Source: the human T2T-CHM13v2.0 reference genome, Homo sapiens
NCBI RefSeq assembly: GCF_009914755.1
Contig: NC_060939.1
Direction: 5' to 3' (one strand)
Length of the DNA stretch: 64,000 nucleotides
This document shows positions 1 to 13,507 of this stretch, one piece after another. The position numbers were made by a program, and so were the translations under genes. The notes beneath the pieces were generated by a model. That model did not search any database, was not told the DNA's origin, and saw only the letters and a list, made by a program, of their open reading frames with translations. Every line of letters begins with the position of its first letter. Position 1 is the stretch's first letter.

Positions 1-254
1 GATGGGTAAACTAGTATCTGAATTATAAACCCCAAATATCATGTGACTTCATCATTTTCAGTATAATGAAAATACAGGCTGTGAATGCTTCCAGTTGGTC
101 CTGAAAGGGCCTTTGAGGTGAGTAGGTTCACCAAAGCGGCAACATATGTGTCCCAGTGGGCATTCTACTCCTCAGTAAGTGACTTGACATTCTTTATGGC
201 TTCCTCATGATTAAAACAAGTCTTTTTATTGAAATTTTACTGAAATAATGATGA

Positions 255-611
<357 letters not shown>

Positions 612-1097
612 TTCACCTCTACCTATTATAATATTTTCATGTTATTCCATTTTGTCATGTTTGTGGGTCATTTGATGAGGGTTCACAATATGAAAACTGG
701 GCATTTTGGCCAAGATGCATGTAAATGAATACAACTCCATGTGCCCTGATAACTGATTTCTAGATCCTGAGATGCAAGTGGCTTCCAGAGTGTCTGTATT
801 TTATGAAAGTTCATATACAGTAAACCATGCTAATTGTTACTGATACAGCTTCCTTGAATATATAAAGCGATGATTAATGGGATGTTTTGTTTCTGCAGAA
901 AACCACTGAATTGCTTCTCCAAAGCCAAGTGACCTGTATGATTTGTCCTTATTATATTTTGTGAACCAGTGGACTAAAACCTTTATAATGGGTCATTTTT
1001 TTAGTATTGTCAATATTGCTCAATTAACAAACATGACTCATATACACAGGTGAGATGTAGTTCTCCCTTTGACATTTGCTCTACATCTGTCCCTTAG

Positions 1098-1230
1098 ATG
1101 ATGATATGGAAGAAAAGCACTCTTTGGCCTGTTGTGACTGGGACAGTTGACAGCACCCAGGTGTCCTTTAATGAAAATGCTCTTGACACCAATGCATCCT
1201 AGCATCACAGCTTCAGGAAGCCTTCTCAAG
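1098..1230 (+). ncRNA. SNHG14: SNHG14 repeat-unit exon paralog (acceptor intact, canonical donor deleted; 3' end uncertain)
   Basis: tcccttag|ATGATGATATGGAAGAAAAGCAC is homologous to the exons at 4272 and 6085. Confidence 0.55.
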
Positions 1231-1254
1231 TGTGCATGGGGAGTACTATGTCTT

Positions 1255-1332
1255 TCATCAATAATGAAATCTTCTGATTTGGTGAGAAATAATGCCTTAA
1301 AATTACACTCAATAGGATTATGCTGAGGCTCA
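1255..1332 (+). ncRNA. SNORD115-46: Degenerate SNORD115 copy (probably SNORD115-46)
   Basis: Mutated box C ATAATGA (1261-1267), guide ACACTCAATAGGATTATG, box D CTGA 1323-1326 followed by GGCTCA; 5' stem lost. Copy number inferred from order. Confidence 0.8.
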
Positions 1333-1578
1333 GCCTACCTAGATGAAAATGCTGAAACAGATAATAGTGACTTCTTATTTCCCTTCAAGGGGAATTTTAT
1401 TTTGAACTTGAAATAACAAAATCTTTATGGGTAACTTGTTTGCCCAACTGTATCAGTGCACCTATAAATGAACAAAAAATTCTCAGCCTATAAGCTTTGC
1501 TTCAGTGACCTTTAATTTCTAATAGTAAGGTATATTCAGGTCTCATTCTTTGGCTTTTTCTCTTATTGTGTATTTCAG

Positions 1579-1711
1579 TAAGACATGCTGCCAAGAGATG
1601 TGCCATTCTATTATAAAAGATCAGTAGCTTCCTTTACCGACGTGTATATTCTATCTAGAACATTGAGCTATGGAAGACTCCCACCTAAGGGAATTAGTTT
1701 TACACCTTCAG
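1579..1711 (+). ncRNA. SNHG14: Candidate SNHG14 exon
   Basis: Pyrimidine-rich acceptor ...tgtgtatttcag| and donor CAG|gtaatc. Confidence 0.4.
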
Positions 1712-2087
1712 GTAATCTGAACTTCAATATGAGTTTTGCTTTATGATATAATCCTTATGACAAAATCTTTACTTTTTATCTGAACTTCATACAATCAATA
1801 TTGAAGATTTTTTAAATTCACTGTTACCTAGTCCAATATTTAATATACATTTGGCTGTAGATACATGACTAGACAAAAATTTTTTATATTATTATTGTGG
1901 GGGCTCTAACAGTGTTTCACTGTTTTGAGTTACTGATGAACTTTCTGTAACTGTGAGACCATGGTAATGGAAGAGACCGTGGTAATGGGGAGGAGAATGT
2001 GAGGATCAGTATGTACTTTGCCTATAAAACTTAAATATTTAGTAATTTGATCACCAAATTGATACTCAAATTTCAGTTCCTATCATG

Positions 2088-2535
2088 TGTAAACCAAAAA
2101 GTATCTGAGATTTAGAAGTTTATTTAGAAGTGGATTTTGCCAAGGTTAAGCACATGCTCAGAAGAAATAAACCCAAAATCACAGAAACCGTCTGGGGTCT
2201 ATGTCTTTCTCCAAAGATGATTTTGAGGGCTTCAGTGTTTAAAGGGGAAAAGTGGGCTGGAGGGGGAAAAGGGAGGGTATGATAATCCGTATGTTCCAAG
2301 ACAAAAGGAGCAGGTAGGGGTATAGTCAATAATGTATTCATCTCATGCTCAGTAAATCAGCACTTTACATAAGATAAGGTGAACATAGAGAAGCTACCTG
2401 TGGAGATCTTTAACCTTTAATCTGTAGCTATCTGCTTAAGATCAAAAGGAAATTCTTGCATGACTCAGCTTTCAGCTTATTTTTTTTTTCTCTTGGCGTA
2501 GTAAATTGGGGTCCCAAGTTTATTTTCCTTTCACA
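2088..2535 (-). mobile_element. Solo ERV1 LTR, MER4A-like
   Basis: TG...CA termini; reverse complement starts TGTGAAAGGAAAATAAACTTGGGACCCCAA; 4-bp TSD CATG (2084-2087 and 2536-2539); the paralogous unit at 35-70 lacks it. Confidence 0.85.
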
Positions 2536-2995
2536 CATGTGACCCCACTATTTTCAGAATAATGAAAGCACATGTTAGAAATGATGACACTTATTCCTAA
2601 TATGGACTTTGAAATGACTGGGTTCACAAATTTAGAATCATGGATCTCATTATAGGTTTTTATTTTCAATGAGTGACTGGCCTACTTGATGGAATTCTTT
2701 CAAAAAATGTTCACTTTTTACTGAGATTATATTAAAATAATGTTGGAATGTGTTCAGTCATGTTTACCATCTCTATAGTATGATATATGATAATATCGCA
2801 GATTACTCAGTGTCAAAAACCTGGCATACCTTGTCCTTATGATGTTGATGAGTCAATGGTCTAGAGCCTTAGTAATATGTCTTTTTGTGGTAGTACGGAC
2901 CGTATCTGTCCACTAAGAAATAGCCTGTGTAAGCCATATACACATGAACAATTTATGTCTGATTTTGAACTATGGTCCCATTCCTATGCCTGTAG

Positions 2996-3120
2996 ATAAA
3001 GACTGCTGAGAAGAGCACCCTCTGGTGTTGTCACAGAGGCAAGTGCTACCGCACAGGCATGCTGCAGTGAATTTAACTGATCCTCTGTCCCTGCAACCGT
3101 TGTTTAAGGATGCTATTCTG
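2996..3120 (+). ncRNA. SNHG14: SNHG14 repeat-unit exon
   Basis: cctgtag|ATAAAGAC...ATTCTG|gtaagg; paralog of 4272-4400. Confidence 0.7.
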
Positions 3121-3165
3121 GTAAGGGTTTACAAGACAACGTAAATATATGTATAAAGAGTATCT

Positions 3166-3219
3166 TCAGGAGACGTAATAATGTAAAAATCATGCTCAAT
3201 AGAATTAAGCTGAGGCTCA
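3166..3219 (+). pseudogene. SNORD115-47: 5'-truncated SNORD115 copy (probably SNORD115-47)
   Basis: TAAAAATCATGCTCAATAGAATTAAGCTGAGGCTCA is the 3' half of SNORD115; box D 3210-3213; no box C. Confidence 0.8.
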
Positions 3220-4271
3220 AAATAGTGCCAATCCTTGCAAGAAGGTGTGAGAAGTCATTAGATTTGGGGGGTATGGGTTATTCCATTTTGAACTTGGTAG
3301 GAAGAAACCCTTGGGGGAATCTTACATCATTTGCCTCTACCTACTTCTAAAGGAACTTTTAAAATTCTTTTATCTTGTCTTTATTCTTAATACTCATACA
3401 TTATTAGAGAGAATATCTTGGTTTATTTTTTCCTCATGGTGTGCTTCAGAATGTTCATCCAGCAAGAGGTGTGTCATTACACGGATTATATATATGAGTT
3501 CTGTCTTTCGTAATTAAAAAATTTCAAGTGGACCATTTGAATATTAAACATTGGCCTTCAAAATGATTACATTTACCTGTTCATACAAAATTAGTGAGCA
3601 ATGATCTATTCTTTCCAATGAGTGACTGATCTAATGAGGTCCTCATTAAAACTCCTTTTTTTTTTTTTTTTTTTTTTGCCTGAACGTACTTTGATTTAAA
3701 GATGTGACATTTAGTAATTCATTGCAATCAACTCTTTAGTGATTGCACAAATAGACAATCCTTTTCTATTATTTTATTTTTTGGTTGCTGTGTATGGTGT
3801 TATGATGTTTGTGGATCATTGAGGCACTACTCACAACTGAAAGACTTTGGCAATTTTAGGGAATGGCTTGAGATTCAGCTATAGGTTACCCTTGATTGAA
3901 ATTGAATACAATACAGGTAGTCTGAAATCTCATTTCCTTATCCTGAGTCTCACTCAGGTGTCATTAGATTCATTATAAAGAAATGCATACACTATGTATG
4001 ATGCCAGTTGTTACTGATATGAAGACGATAAGAAGCTTTTATTTCTGCAGGGAAATAATCCCTTACCAGGTCATCAAAAGACATGATACCTATGTGCTTG
4101 GCCCTTACTGTACACGGGGAATCAGTGGTCTACCACAGCTTAAGTAACGGGTCATATTTGGAGTATCACACATCTCAGTCTTGTAGAAATTAGGAACAGC
4201 AATTAGGAGTCATGCACATATAAGAGATGTAATCCCACCCTTTGACTATAGCCTACTCTTGTCTTTTACAG

Positions 4272-4400
4272 AAAAGACTGTGGAGGAAGAAAACCCTTTA
4301 CCCTGTTGTTCAGGGAGAAACTGACACCACTCAACTGCCTGGCACTGAAAATGTGGCATCCAGTCCACTTTACCATCAGTGTTTAAGGAAACCATCTCTG
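4272..4400 (+). ncRNA. SNHG14: SNHG14 repeat-unit exon
   Basis: tcttttacag|AAAAGAC...CATCTCTG|gtaagc, 48 nt upstream of SNORD115-48. Confidence 0.8.
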
Positions 4401-4448
4401 GTAAGCATATTTGATCCAAGTGTGCATATGCACATGAGTGCCATGGGC

Positions 4449-4526
4449 TGGGTCAATGATGAGATGTTACCTTGAAGAGAAATGATGACGTAAAAATTAA
4501 GTTCAGTTGGATTACGCTGAGGCCCA
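4449..4526 (+). ncRNA. SNORD115-48: C/D box snoRNA SNORD115 (probably SNORD115-48)
   Basis: Box C ATGATGA 4456-4462, D' TTGA 4472-4475, C' ATGATGA 4482-4488, box D CTGA 4517-4520; terminal stem GGCTGGGTC/GGCCCAGCC. Confidence 0.92.
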
Positions 4527-6084
4527 GCCTAGGTAACAATTGTGAGACAAGAAGTTTGGATTTCTTAGTTTCCTTCCATTGGGGACTTTATTTTGGGATT
4601 CTGGCAATGGAATCTTATTGCGAAACTTGTTTTGCACGCTTCTATCTGTGTGCTTCTAAGTAAACTATAAATTCTGATTCTTTAAGTGCTATTTAAGTTT
4701 CCTACAATTCCTAATTTTCTTGGATATTTGGCACTAAGACCCTTGCTCTTTTTCTCTCATTGGATGATTTAGTAAGTCCTACTGGCACTATTCTATTGAG
4801 TGGAGGTGAGAGGCTGCCTTTGCTGACTGAAAAATTTCAAATAGATAATTGAACTAGTGAAGACTGAGCTCTATAATAATTAGATTTATTCATTCAGACA
4901 ACATGAATATCACGATAGGGTTTTCTTCTCAATGATTGACTGACACATGTGATGCAATCCTCATGAGAAAATCCTTACTTTTGCCCTACGATTGATTGTT
5001 TTCAGGGTTGAGAAATATGATACATTGGAATTTTGCTCAATGCGCTACAGTTATCGTGGTCTAAATATACAGACAAAATTTTCTGTAATGTTAGTATAAT
5101 ATTTTAACAGTGCTAGGATATGTTTTGATCATTAATGAATCTTTATGACTTAAGGGTCCTTGCAATTGGGATAAAAATGTGAGTTTCAATAATATGTGTT
5201 TGCCCATGAAACTTGAAATTAGATAAATTGATGAGCAATCTGGTGCCTGACTTTTCTTTCTCAAGTACCTTTGGCTTCGTTTTCATTATGATGAAAGTGT
5301 GTGCTGTGAATAATGCCAATGGTAAATAAGACCTTTATGGACACTTATATGAATGACAGTCAGGGCCGTTCCTTCAGGCCACATGATTATCGTTATGCAT
5401 TCTTCTTCTCAATGAGTGACTAGCATACTTGCCAGGATCTACAAGAGGGAAACTTTATTTTTTACTAAAATTGCATCGATATAATGTTGACAAGTTTTGT
5501 GATTATTGGTATCATCTCTAAGATGTGATGCTCATTTGGTCTAAATATAGAAGTTAACATATTAACTTCTAATTTATATATGTCAGGTTGCTATGTTTTT
5601 ACAATGTTTGTGGTTTATTGATGATGACTCACAACATAAAGACTATGGCATTATGGCTACATGTTCTAATTCTGATATATACATATCCCATCATTCATTA
5701 AATTAAATACAATTATGAGTAGTATGATGTCTGTTTTCTAAAATCTGAGTTTCACCTGGCTCCAGTATGATCATTATATGATGGAGTGCAAGCAACATGT
5801 TAATGCCAATTGTTATTGATATGGCTTCCTTGAATATGTAAACAAGACTGATCAATTGAAGGTCTTATTTCTGCATTAAACTACCTGAGATATTCTCCAA
5901 ATTCAAGAGACCTGTATAGTTAGTCTTTATTCTGTTTGATGAATAAATGGCCTATAGCCTATCTAATGGATCAGTTTTTCCAGTACTAATCATATCTCTT
6001 CATTAAGAAATAGCATGCATAAGCCATACATACAGGAGGTAATATTTGTCATCTTGATCTACTGTCTTATCCTCCTCCCCTTAG

Positions 6085-6201
6085 ATAAGGATGACTGAGG
6101 AAGAGTACTCTTTGGCTTGTTGACACCAGCACAGCTGACACACCCAGATATCTGTTTGGTCTCCTGTGAACTTTCAACCAGGATTTAAGGATGCCACTCT
6201 G
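6085..6201 (+). ncRNA. SNHG14: SNHG14 repeat-unit exon
   Basis: cctcctccccttag|ATAAGGATG...CCACTCTG|gtaggt. Confidence 0.8.
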
Positions 6202-6250
6202 GTAGGTATTTTCAGACAAAGTGAATATGTGATTGTAGAGTTCCATGGCT

Positions 6251-6320
6251 TGTTTCAACAATAAGACCTTATGTTGTCTTGAGGACATGAGATGACATGA
6301 AAACTAGACTGGCTGGTCCT
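6251..6320 (+). pseudogene. SNORD115 relic (5' half only, boxes decayed)
   Basis: AATAAGACCTTATGTTGTCTTGAGGACATGAGATGACATGAAAA aligns to SNORD115 GATGAGAACCTTATATTGTCCTGAAGAGAGGTGATGACTTAAAAA; lies at the expected about 50 nt after the donor. Confidence 0.65.
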
Positions 6321-6442
6321 TATCTTTTCTGGGGTATTCTAGTTTGAGCTTAAGATAAAGAAATATATTTGGGATATAGTTTCTCTCACCTGTTTCTATT
6401 AGCTTCTAGAAGACCACTTATCAATTCTTTCCTCCTGATTTA

Positions 6443-6592
6443 GTGGAAAACATTTTGGCAGTTCCTCAAAAAGTTAAAGATAAAATTACCATGTAACCCA
6501 ACAATTCTGCTCCTAAGTACACACTCAAAAGAATTGAATACAAATGTTCAAATGAATACATACACATGAATGTTCATAGCAGCACTATTCAC
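6443..6592 (+). mobile_element. Old L1M ORF2 3' fragment
   Basis: GTGGAAAACATTTTGGCAGTTCCTCAAAAAG...ATGTTCATAGCAGCACTATTCAC (MFIAALF). Confidence 0.85.
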
Positions 6593-6597
6593 TGGCT

Positions 6598-6817
6598 GGA
6601 GTTCCAGACCAGCCTGGCCAACGTGGCAAGACCCTGTCTCTACTAAAAATAGAAAAATTAGCTGGGCATGGTTGCTCACGCTTGTAGTCTCAGCTACTCA
6701 GGAGGCTGAGGCACAAGAATCACTTGAACCCAGGAGGCAGAGGCTGCAGTGAGCTGAGATCACACCATTGCACTCCAGCATGGGTGACAAGTGAGATTCT
6801 GTCTCAAAAAAAAAAAA
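6598..6817 (+). mobile_element. 5'-truncated AluS
   Basis: GGAGTTCCAGACCAGCCTGGCC...TCTC followed by polyA. Confidence 0.9.
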
Positions 6818-8275
6818 GTGAAGGTATGATGACAATGTCACACAAAATAGTGAATACCAATAAAAAGATAGAAATTATTAAAAAGAACCAAATGAAAATT
6901 CTGGAGTTGAAAAGTACAATAACTAAAATTTAAAAATTTATTAGAAAGGCTCAATAGTAGATTTGAACTGGGAGAAGAAACAAGAAGTAAACTTGAAGAT
7001 AGAACAATAGAGATTATGTTCAAAAGAACAGAAAGCATAAAGAATAAAGAAACAAAGAGAGTCTCAGAGAATGTGGAACATCATTAAGCATACCAGCATA
7101 CACATATGGGAGTACCAGACAGGCAGGGGAGATACAAAGGATCAGAAAAAAATATTTGAAGGAATAATGGCTGAAACCTCCCATATTTGTGGAAAACAAT
7201 AACTGACATATCCAGGAAGCTCAATGAATTCCAATGAATAAATGCAAAGATTGACAAATGGAAACATCACAGTAAGATATCTGAAAGTCAAAAACAAGAA
7301 GAAAGTCTTGAAAGCAGTGTGAGAAAAATGATTTGTTACTTACAAGGGAACCCCAGGAAGATTAACAGCTGACTTCAGCAGAAGCAATGGAGGCCAGAAG
7401 CAAAGGCATAACATATTAAAAATGCTCAAAGAAAAAAGAACCTGTCACCTAAGAATTCTGTACCTGGCAAAGCTGTCTTTCAAAAATGAAGGCAAAATAA
7501 AGACTTCCTCAATTAAAAAAAAAAAAGTTGGAGAATCTACTGCTCTCAAAACCCCCTTAAAAGAGTTCTCTAAATACTTAAAGAAGTTATTCAAGCTGAA
7601 AGCAAGTGAGCCTAGGTAGTTATTCAAATCAACAACTACAAAGCAAATGCTTGTAAAGGTAATTATATAAATATAAAAGACAGTAGAAATGTAATTTTTC
7701 TCTGAAGTGATTTTAAAATAAATTCTATAAAATAATATGTATATAATGTATTTTGGGGTCTATAACATATAAAAGTGTAATATATTTGCCAAAGAAGATA
7801 GGTGGATGCAAAGCAATACAAGACTAAGGAAATGACTACAGATGGTAGATTAATATTTATTATAATGTCTTTCTTGGCTTATAGCATCAATAAATGTAAT
7901 ATGTATAATAATACCACAAAAGATGGCAAAAAGGGAATAGAGCTATATAGGTGTAACATTTCTGTATAAGACTGAAATTAAGCTAGTGTAAATTAGAAAC
8001 TTATTTGGGTGAGTTAAGATATATGCAGTAAACCCTAGAGCAACCACTGAAAAAATTCAAAACATATAGTGAAAAAAATTATTAAGGAAGTTTAAATGCT
8101 ACATTATAAAATAATTACTTAATGAAAAAGAAGTAAAGAGGAATAGAGGAACAAAAACACATGAGACACAGAGGAGAAGAAGAATGACATAATAAACTCA
8201 ACTAAATAATAAAATTACATGTGAATACAGTAAATATGTAAATTAAAAGGCAGAGATTCCCAGGCTGGATAAAAT
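6818..8275 (+). mobile_element. Old L1M ORF1 / inter-ORF fragment
   Basis: ORF1-like peptides (KKNQMKILELKSTI; RILYLAKLSFKNEGKIKT). Confidence 0.85.
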
Positions 8276-8794
8276 CTCCAGGTTTAATATCCCTTTGCCC
8301 CAAATAAACTCCAGCTTTTTTTCCTATGATGTATTTGATCATTGTGCTGGTTTACAAAAGATTTCTAACCTTTCTAAAATCTTTAAAATCAGCGGCGAAG
8401 TGTTCTATCTCATTTCACCCATATATATCAGAGACTCAAATCCTGAAAAATACCAAGTTGACCTGCCCATTCTTGAGTTCTGCTGAATGGTGTGTTCCCA
8501 GATCACTATGGATATTGCTGTTTACTTGACCAATTACTTTTAGTCAACAAGATTTGAACAATGCTTTTGATTCACACAGCGTGAGACCTAGACTTCCCTC
8601 ATATTGAAATAGGAGCATTAGCATCCTGGATTCCTGCACCGGCTTTTGAACCTTATGTTTCCTGCACCCCAAGAAGCCATGTTATCTGGACATTGTCCTC
8701 TCTGTGATGGGAAAGAAGAGTTTTTTCAACAAATGTTGCTAGGACAACTGGATATCTAGATACAAAAGATACTGCATTTATGTTACCAGTTTTC

Positions 8795-9463
<669 letters not shown>

Positions 9464-9639
9464 GTTTGAAATTTCAATGCTCCTTTCTTAGTATGTGATT
9501 GAACATGGATAAGATAATCAGTAACGGTGGATGTAAGAACACTATTAACCAACTTGACTCCACTGTCATATGTAGAACACAACACCCAACAATAGCAGAA
9601 TGCACATTATATTCAAGTGCTCATAAAGCATTATTTTGT

Positions 9640-10797
9640 ATATATGTATTTTCTCCCTTTTTTGATAAAGTTAGCTAGTAGAGTGCCTATGTAGTTAATA
9701 TTTTTTAAAAACCACAGGCTTCTCAATTATTAATTACATCTATGGTTTTTAAAATATTATCTTCATTAATTTCTGCTTTGATCCTTATTCCTTTCTTTCT
9801 TGTACTTTCTTTTATTTTTGTTCTTTTTTAGTGTTTTAAGATGAAAATTGAATTGTTTCATTCATCTTTTTCATTTTTTAAAATAAAAACATTTAGTGCA
9901 ATGAATTTTCCTCTAGAACTGCCTTTAAATGCATATTACAGATTCTCATATGTTGTATATTTTAAAATAATATGTAAATATATATTTGCATAGAAAAACA
10001 TATTTACATACAAAATATGTATTTACATATTTAAACATATGTATTTTCTGTTTATATTTTTCCTTTTACTCAGGAGTTAATAGGATATTTTTAAAATTTC
10101 TTGGTGAAAGCGCCTTTATCTTATTGTTAGTAAAGTCTATGTTTTTGCATTGTGATCAGATAGTGCAGTTTTTAATATTTCTTGAGTTACTAATTTTTCT
10201 TTCCAACCTAATATATAATCAGTTTTTTGTGACTATGCCATGGGCACTTAAGAACAACACAGATCTTCTATTATCTGTCAAGTTTAATATGTAGCCATAA
10301 AATCTACCTTATTTTTATGTTGCTATTTTTGCCCACTTGATCTGTCTTTTTCTGATAATGGTGTATTATAGTTTTCTATTATGGGATCATCTATGTCTTG
10401 TCTCCTTACATCTCATACATCTCATGCAGTTTTTTATTCATAAAGGTGGTTATTATGTTATTTGGTATATAAGTCTCCATAAGGGTCAAATCTTCATGTG
10501 TATTATATCTTTTAGCATAAAAAAAGTGTCCTTCTTTGCCTTGATTAACATGGTGGGACTTGAATACATTGTGTGATATAAGAATTACTACGCTTGCATG
10601 CGATTGGCATGAAAAAAAAAAAGATTACTCCTATCTCTTTTTGTTTTCATGTGCCTGATATACTTTCGCCCATCCCTTTATTTTCAGTCTTTTAGAATCC
10701 ATTTGTTTTAGATTCATCTCTCATAGAAAACATATTATGTTTTATTTTGTGAGCCCACTGAAAATATTTTTCTTCTAGTAGGTGTGTGGAGTCCACT

Positions 10798-10832
<35 letters not shown>

Positions 10833-11160
10833 CTATGACTGATATTTATTGTGTTTGTATTTTCTTTATATTTGCTACGCTCTTTTGTCACGGTGTAGTC
10901 TTTGCTTGCCTATTTATTCATACTTAGGAGAGTTTTTGTTTTTGTTGGAGTGTTTACTTTTGTACCTCTCTTAATTCTGTTAGTTCTGTGTTTTCCTAGT
11001 TAATCTTTTACTTCTGATTTATCAGTTTGGGGGATGTTCTTCAGCACTCCCCTATTCTCATGCAAAGTGCTTTCGGTTTTCCTCTTTTTTTTTTTTTCCT
11101 CCTCCTGTGTTTAGTTGTCTTATTTCTACTTTGTCACAATATTAGTGACATTTGTATGCT
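9640..11160 (-). mobile_element. Very old L1M fragments (approximate bounds)
   Basis: T-rich antisense L1 ORF2-like tracts (e.g. AAAACATTTAGTGCAATGAATTTTCCTCT). Confidence 0.6.
10801..10830. repeat. (GT)15 microsatellite
   Basis: Direct reading. Confidence 0.95.
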
Positions 11161-11545
11161 AGTCTTCTACCCTGGATAGGGAATATACACCTGTCAGATG
11201 GAAGGAATATCATGTTGTATGCTGCTGTCAAATAGATCCTAACATACTTTAATAATCTTTTAAATGATATAATCCAAGTTCATAGTTAACTCCTGACTTT
11301 TTATTTCTATCATATTCAGTAGATATATCAGCATTGACAGCCATCCCACTGCAATATCACTTCACATTTTGCTTAGACCAAAGGGTTCTGAGAAGCTTCT
11401 GGAGCTGTTGTGAAAGCCAGTTTCATTAAAGTCAAGTCAGACATCCACCTGTGCTGTTTTCTGCTATAAGCTGAATGCAGGGGATACAATGTTAGGAGCA
11501 TCAGTGTGGTATGAGGAATGTTTACTTATTGGTAGTAGACTTGTC

Positions 11546-11612
11546 TGGATCAAGGATAAGTACAAGTATCTGAGATGCTGAGGTGTGGCTGAATGAATGG
11601 CCATCTGTTCTA
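11546..11612 (+). pseudogene. SNORD109-like relic
   Basis: TGGATCAAGGATAAGTACAAGTATCTGAG-ATGCTGAGG vs SNORD109B TGGATCGATGATGAGAATAATTGTCTGAGGATGCTGAGG; flanks also align. Confidence 0.75.
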
Positions 11613-12031
11613 TTGCAACAGGATAAATAACACATTCGGAGCAGGCCTAACTGGTGAACTCCTCAATTATCTCACAATAGCACTATCACGTGTCTTTCAT
11701 TTTTCACAGCACAGTGTATTTTCATAAAATCTTTATTGGTAGACCACAACTTTAGCATTTCCCATTCAAGATACAACTACTGTGTCACTTGGATAGCTTG
11801 GTAGAGAGGAAATTGGCTATTTTCAGAGTAAAGAATTCAAGGAGGAAACAGATTATAAATGAAATGACAAAGGTGATGAGATCAAGCAATGCTGACGTTT
11901 GTAGCAAGGAGTAGAGGGCTGAGATGCCTGTATGATAAGAAATTATAATGGAACCAATCTTGTGCTTTATTTTTTATTAATTTGGAGCATTCTCTGATCT
12001 GATTTATTTTCTATGTGATATTTTGCTGCAG

Positions 12032-12074
12032 GTTAAAAGCTGAAACAACTTCAAGGAAACTTCAGGGAAAAGAG
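12032..12074 (+). ncRNA. SNHG14: Short SNHG14 exon candidate
   Basis: ttttgctgcag|GTTAAAAG...AAAGAG|gtgagc; paralog of 13508-13549. Confidence 0.6.
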
Positions 12075-12508
12075 GTGAGCAGCCACTTTGGTACTTTTGA
12101 AATTCTTTGTTCTGTGGGCAATGATGTCAGAATGTCAAAGACTGTGAGTTCATTATTTCAGAGGCTTAAAGGAGATTATTCTTTTGGTAGATATATTTCC
12201 CCATGGGTGTCCCTACCTTGTTCAAGGATTCCTTATTATTGTTTCTTCTCTTTGTTTAAATCTCTTTTTGAGATGACCTAAACAACTGTGGAGAATCATT
12301 GATATATTTCCTTTTTTCACTGTTCATGTTGGGTGAAAATAATCTTGTAGTGAAATTCACATGTTCTAAATATTGTTTTTTTACATCTTTATCTGGCACA
12401 TTCATAACATAGATGTTTCTATACATATTAGTACTGTAATCATACCATATATTATTCTGTTACCCCACTTACTCCTTAAACTTTTAGTTAATTAAAGAGT
12501 TTTTATAA

Positions 12509-12814
<306 letters not shown>

Positions 12815-13006
12815 AGATTTTAATCTAATTTTATTAGAACAATTCAGTCATATGTTTTTTCATGCTATGTATATGAGAGTTCCATTATTCAGATACTAAA
12901 CAAATGTCTACTGTACATTTACTGTTCTCACTGATGATGCATTAGATAACCATGCACAAAATAAGCCTGGCTGTGGAAACGCTTATTTGTTGGGAGGGTG
13001 CTTGTT

Positions 13007-13075
13007 TGGATCGATGATGAGAATAATTGTCTGAGGATGCTGAGGGACTCATTCCAGATGTCAATCTGAGGTCCA
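13007..13075 (+). ncRNA. SNORD109B: C/D box snoRNA SNORD109B (HBII-438B)
   Basis: TGGATCGATGATGAGAATAATTGTCTGAGGATGCTGAGGGACTCATTCCAGATGTCAATCTGAGGTCCA: C 13014-13020, D' 13031-13034, C' 13037-13043, D 13066-13069, terminal stem. Position distal to SNORD115 indicates the B copy. Confidence 0.95.
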
Positions 13076-13507
13076 GATGTGCGGCCCTCCAATAGGACAA
13101 ATAAGACTCTCAGAGCCTGGCTCTATTTGGGGATCCCTCAGTGACAACATAGTACCCCTGTGAGCGTGCCTTTTCTATCTCTTCGAAGAGGGCAGTGGCA
13201 TCCTGTCTTATGAGTCAGTGTGCACTTTAGTGTGCCTAGTGACCCAAGACTTGCTTTAATTGTAGATAGATACTTACATATAGGAAATATTTCTTAAGTA
13301 ACAAATGAAAAACTTTAGAAGATTGAATTAAGGGTCAAGCAACTGTGATATGTCTGAAAATCTCATTAGTGTTGTGCTGAAAGAAGGAAATATGGCATGC
13401 CTCTATTAAATAATGACAGTGGAACCAAGTTTATTGCTTTGTTATTTTTACTGTGGAGTATTTTCTAAGATTATTTTTGCTTTTTTTTTCTTTCATGTTT
13501 TGCTGAG

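Noticed and set aside
1955-1990. 18-bp tandem duplication GAGACC(A/G)TGGTAATGG
   Set aside because: Trivial local duplication, no supporting function.
12115-12170. AATGATGT...CAGA as a C/D snoRNA
   Set aside because: Both boxes imperfect, weak stem, not at the snoRNA position of the unit, absent from the paralog at about 13590.
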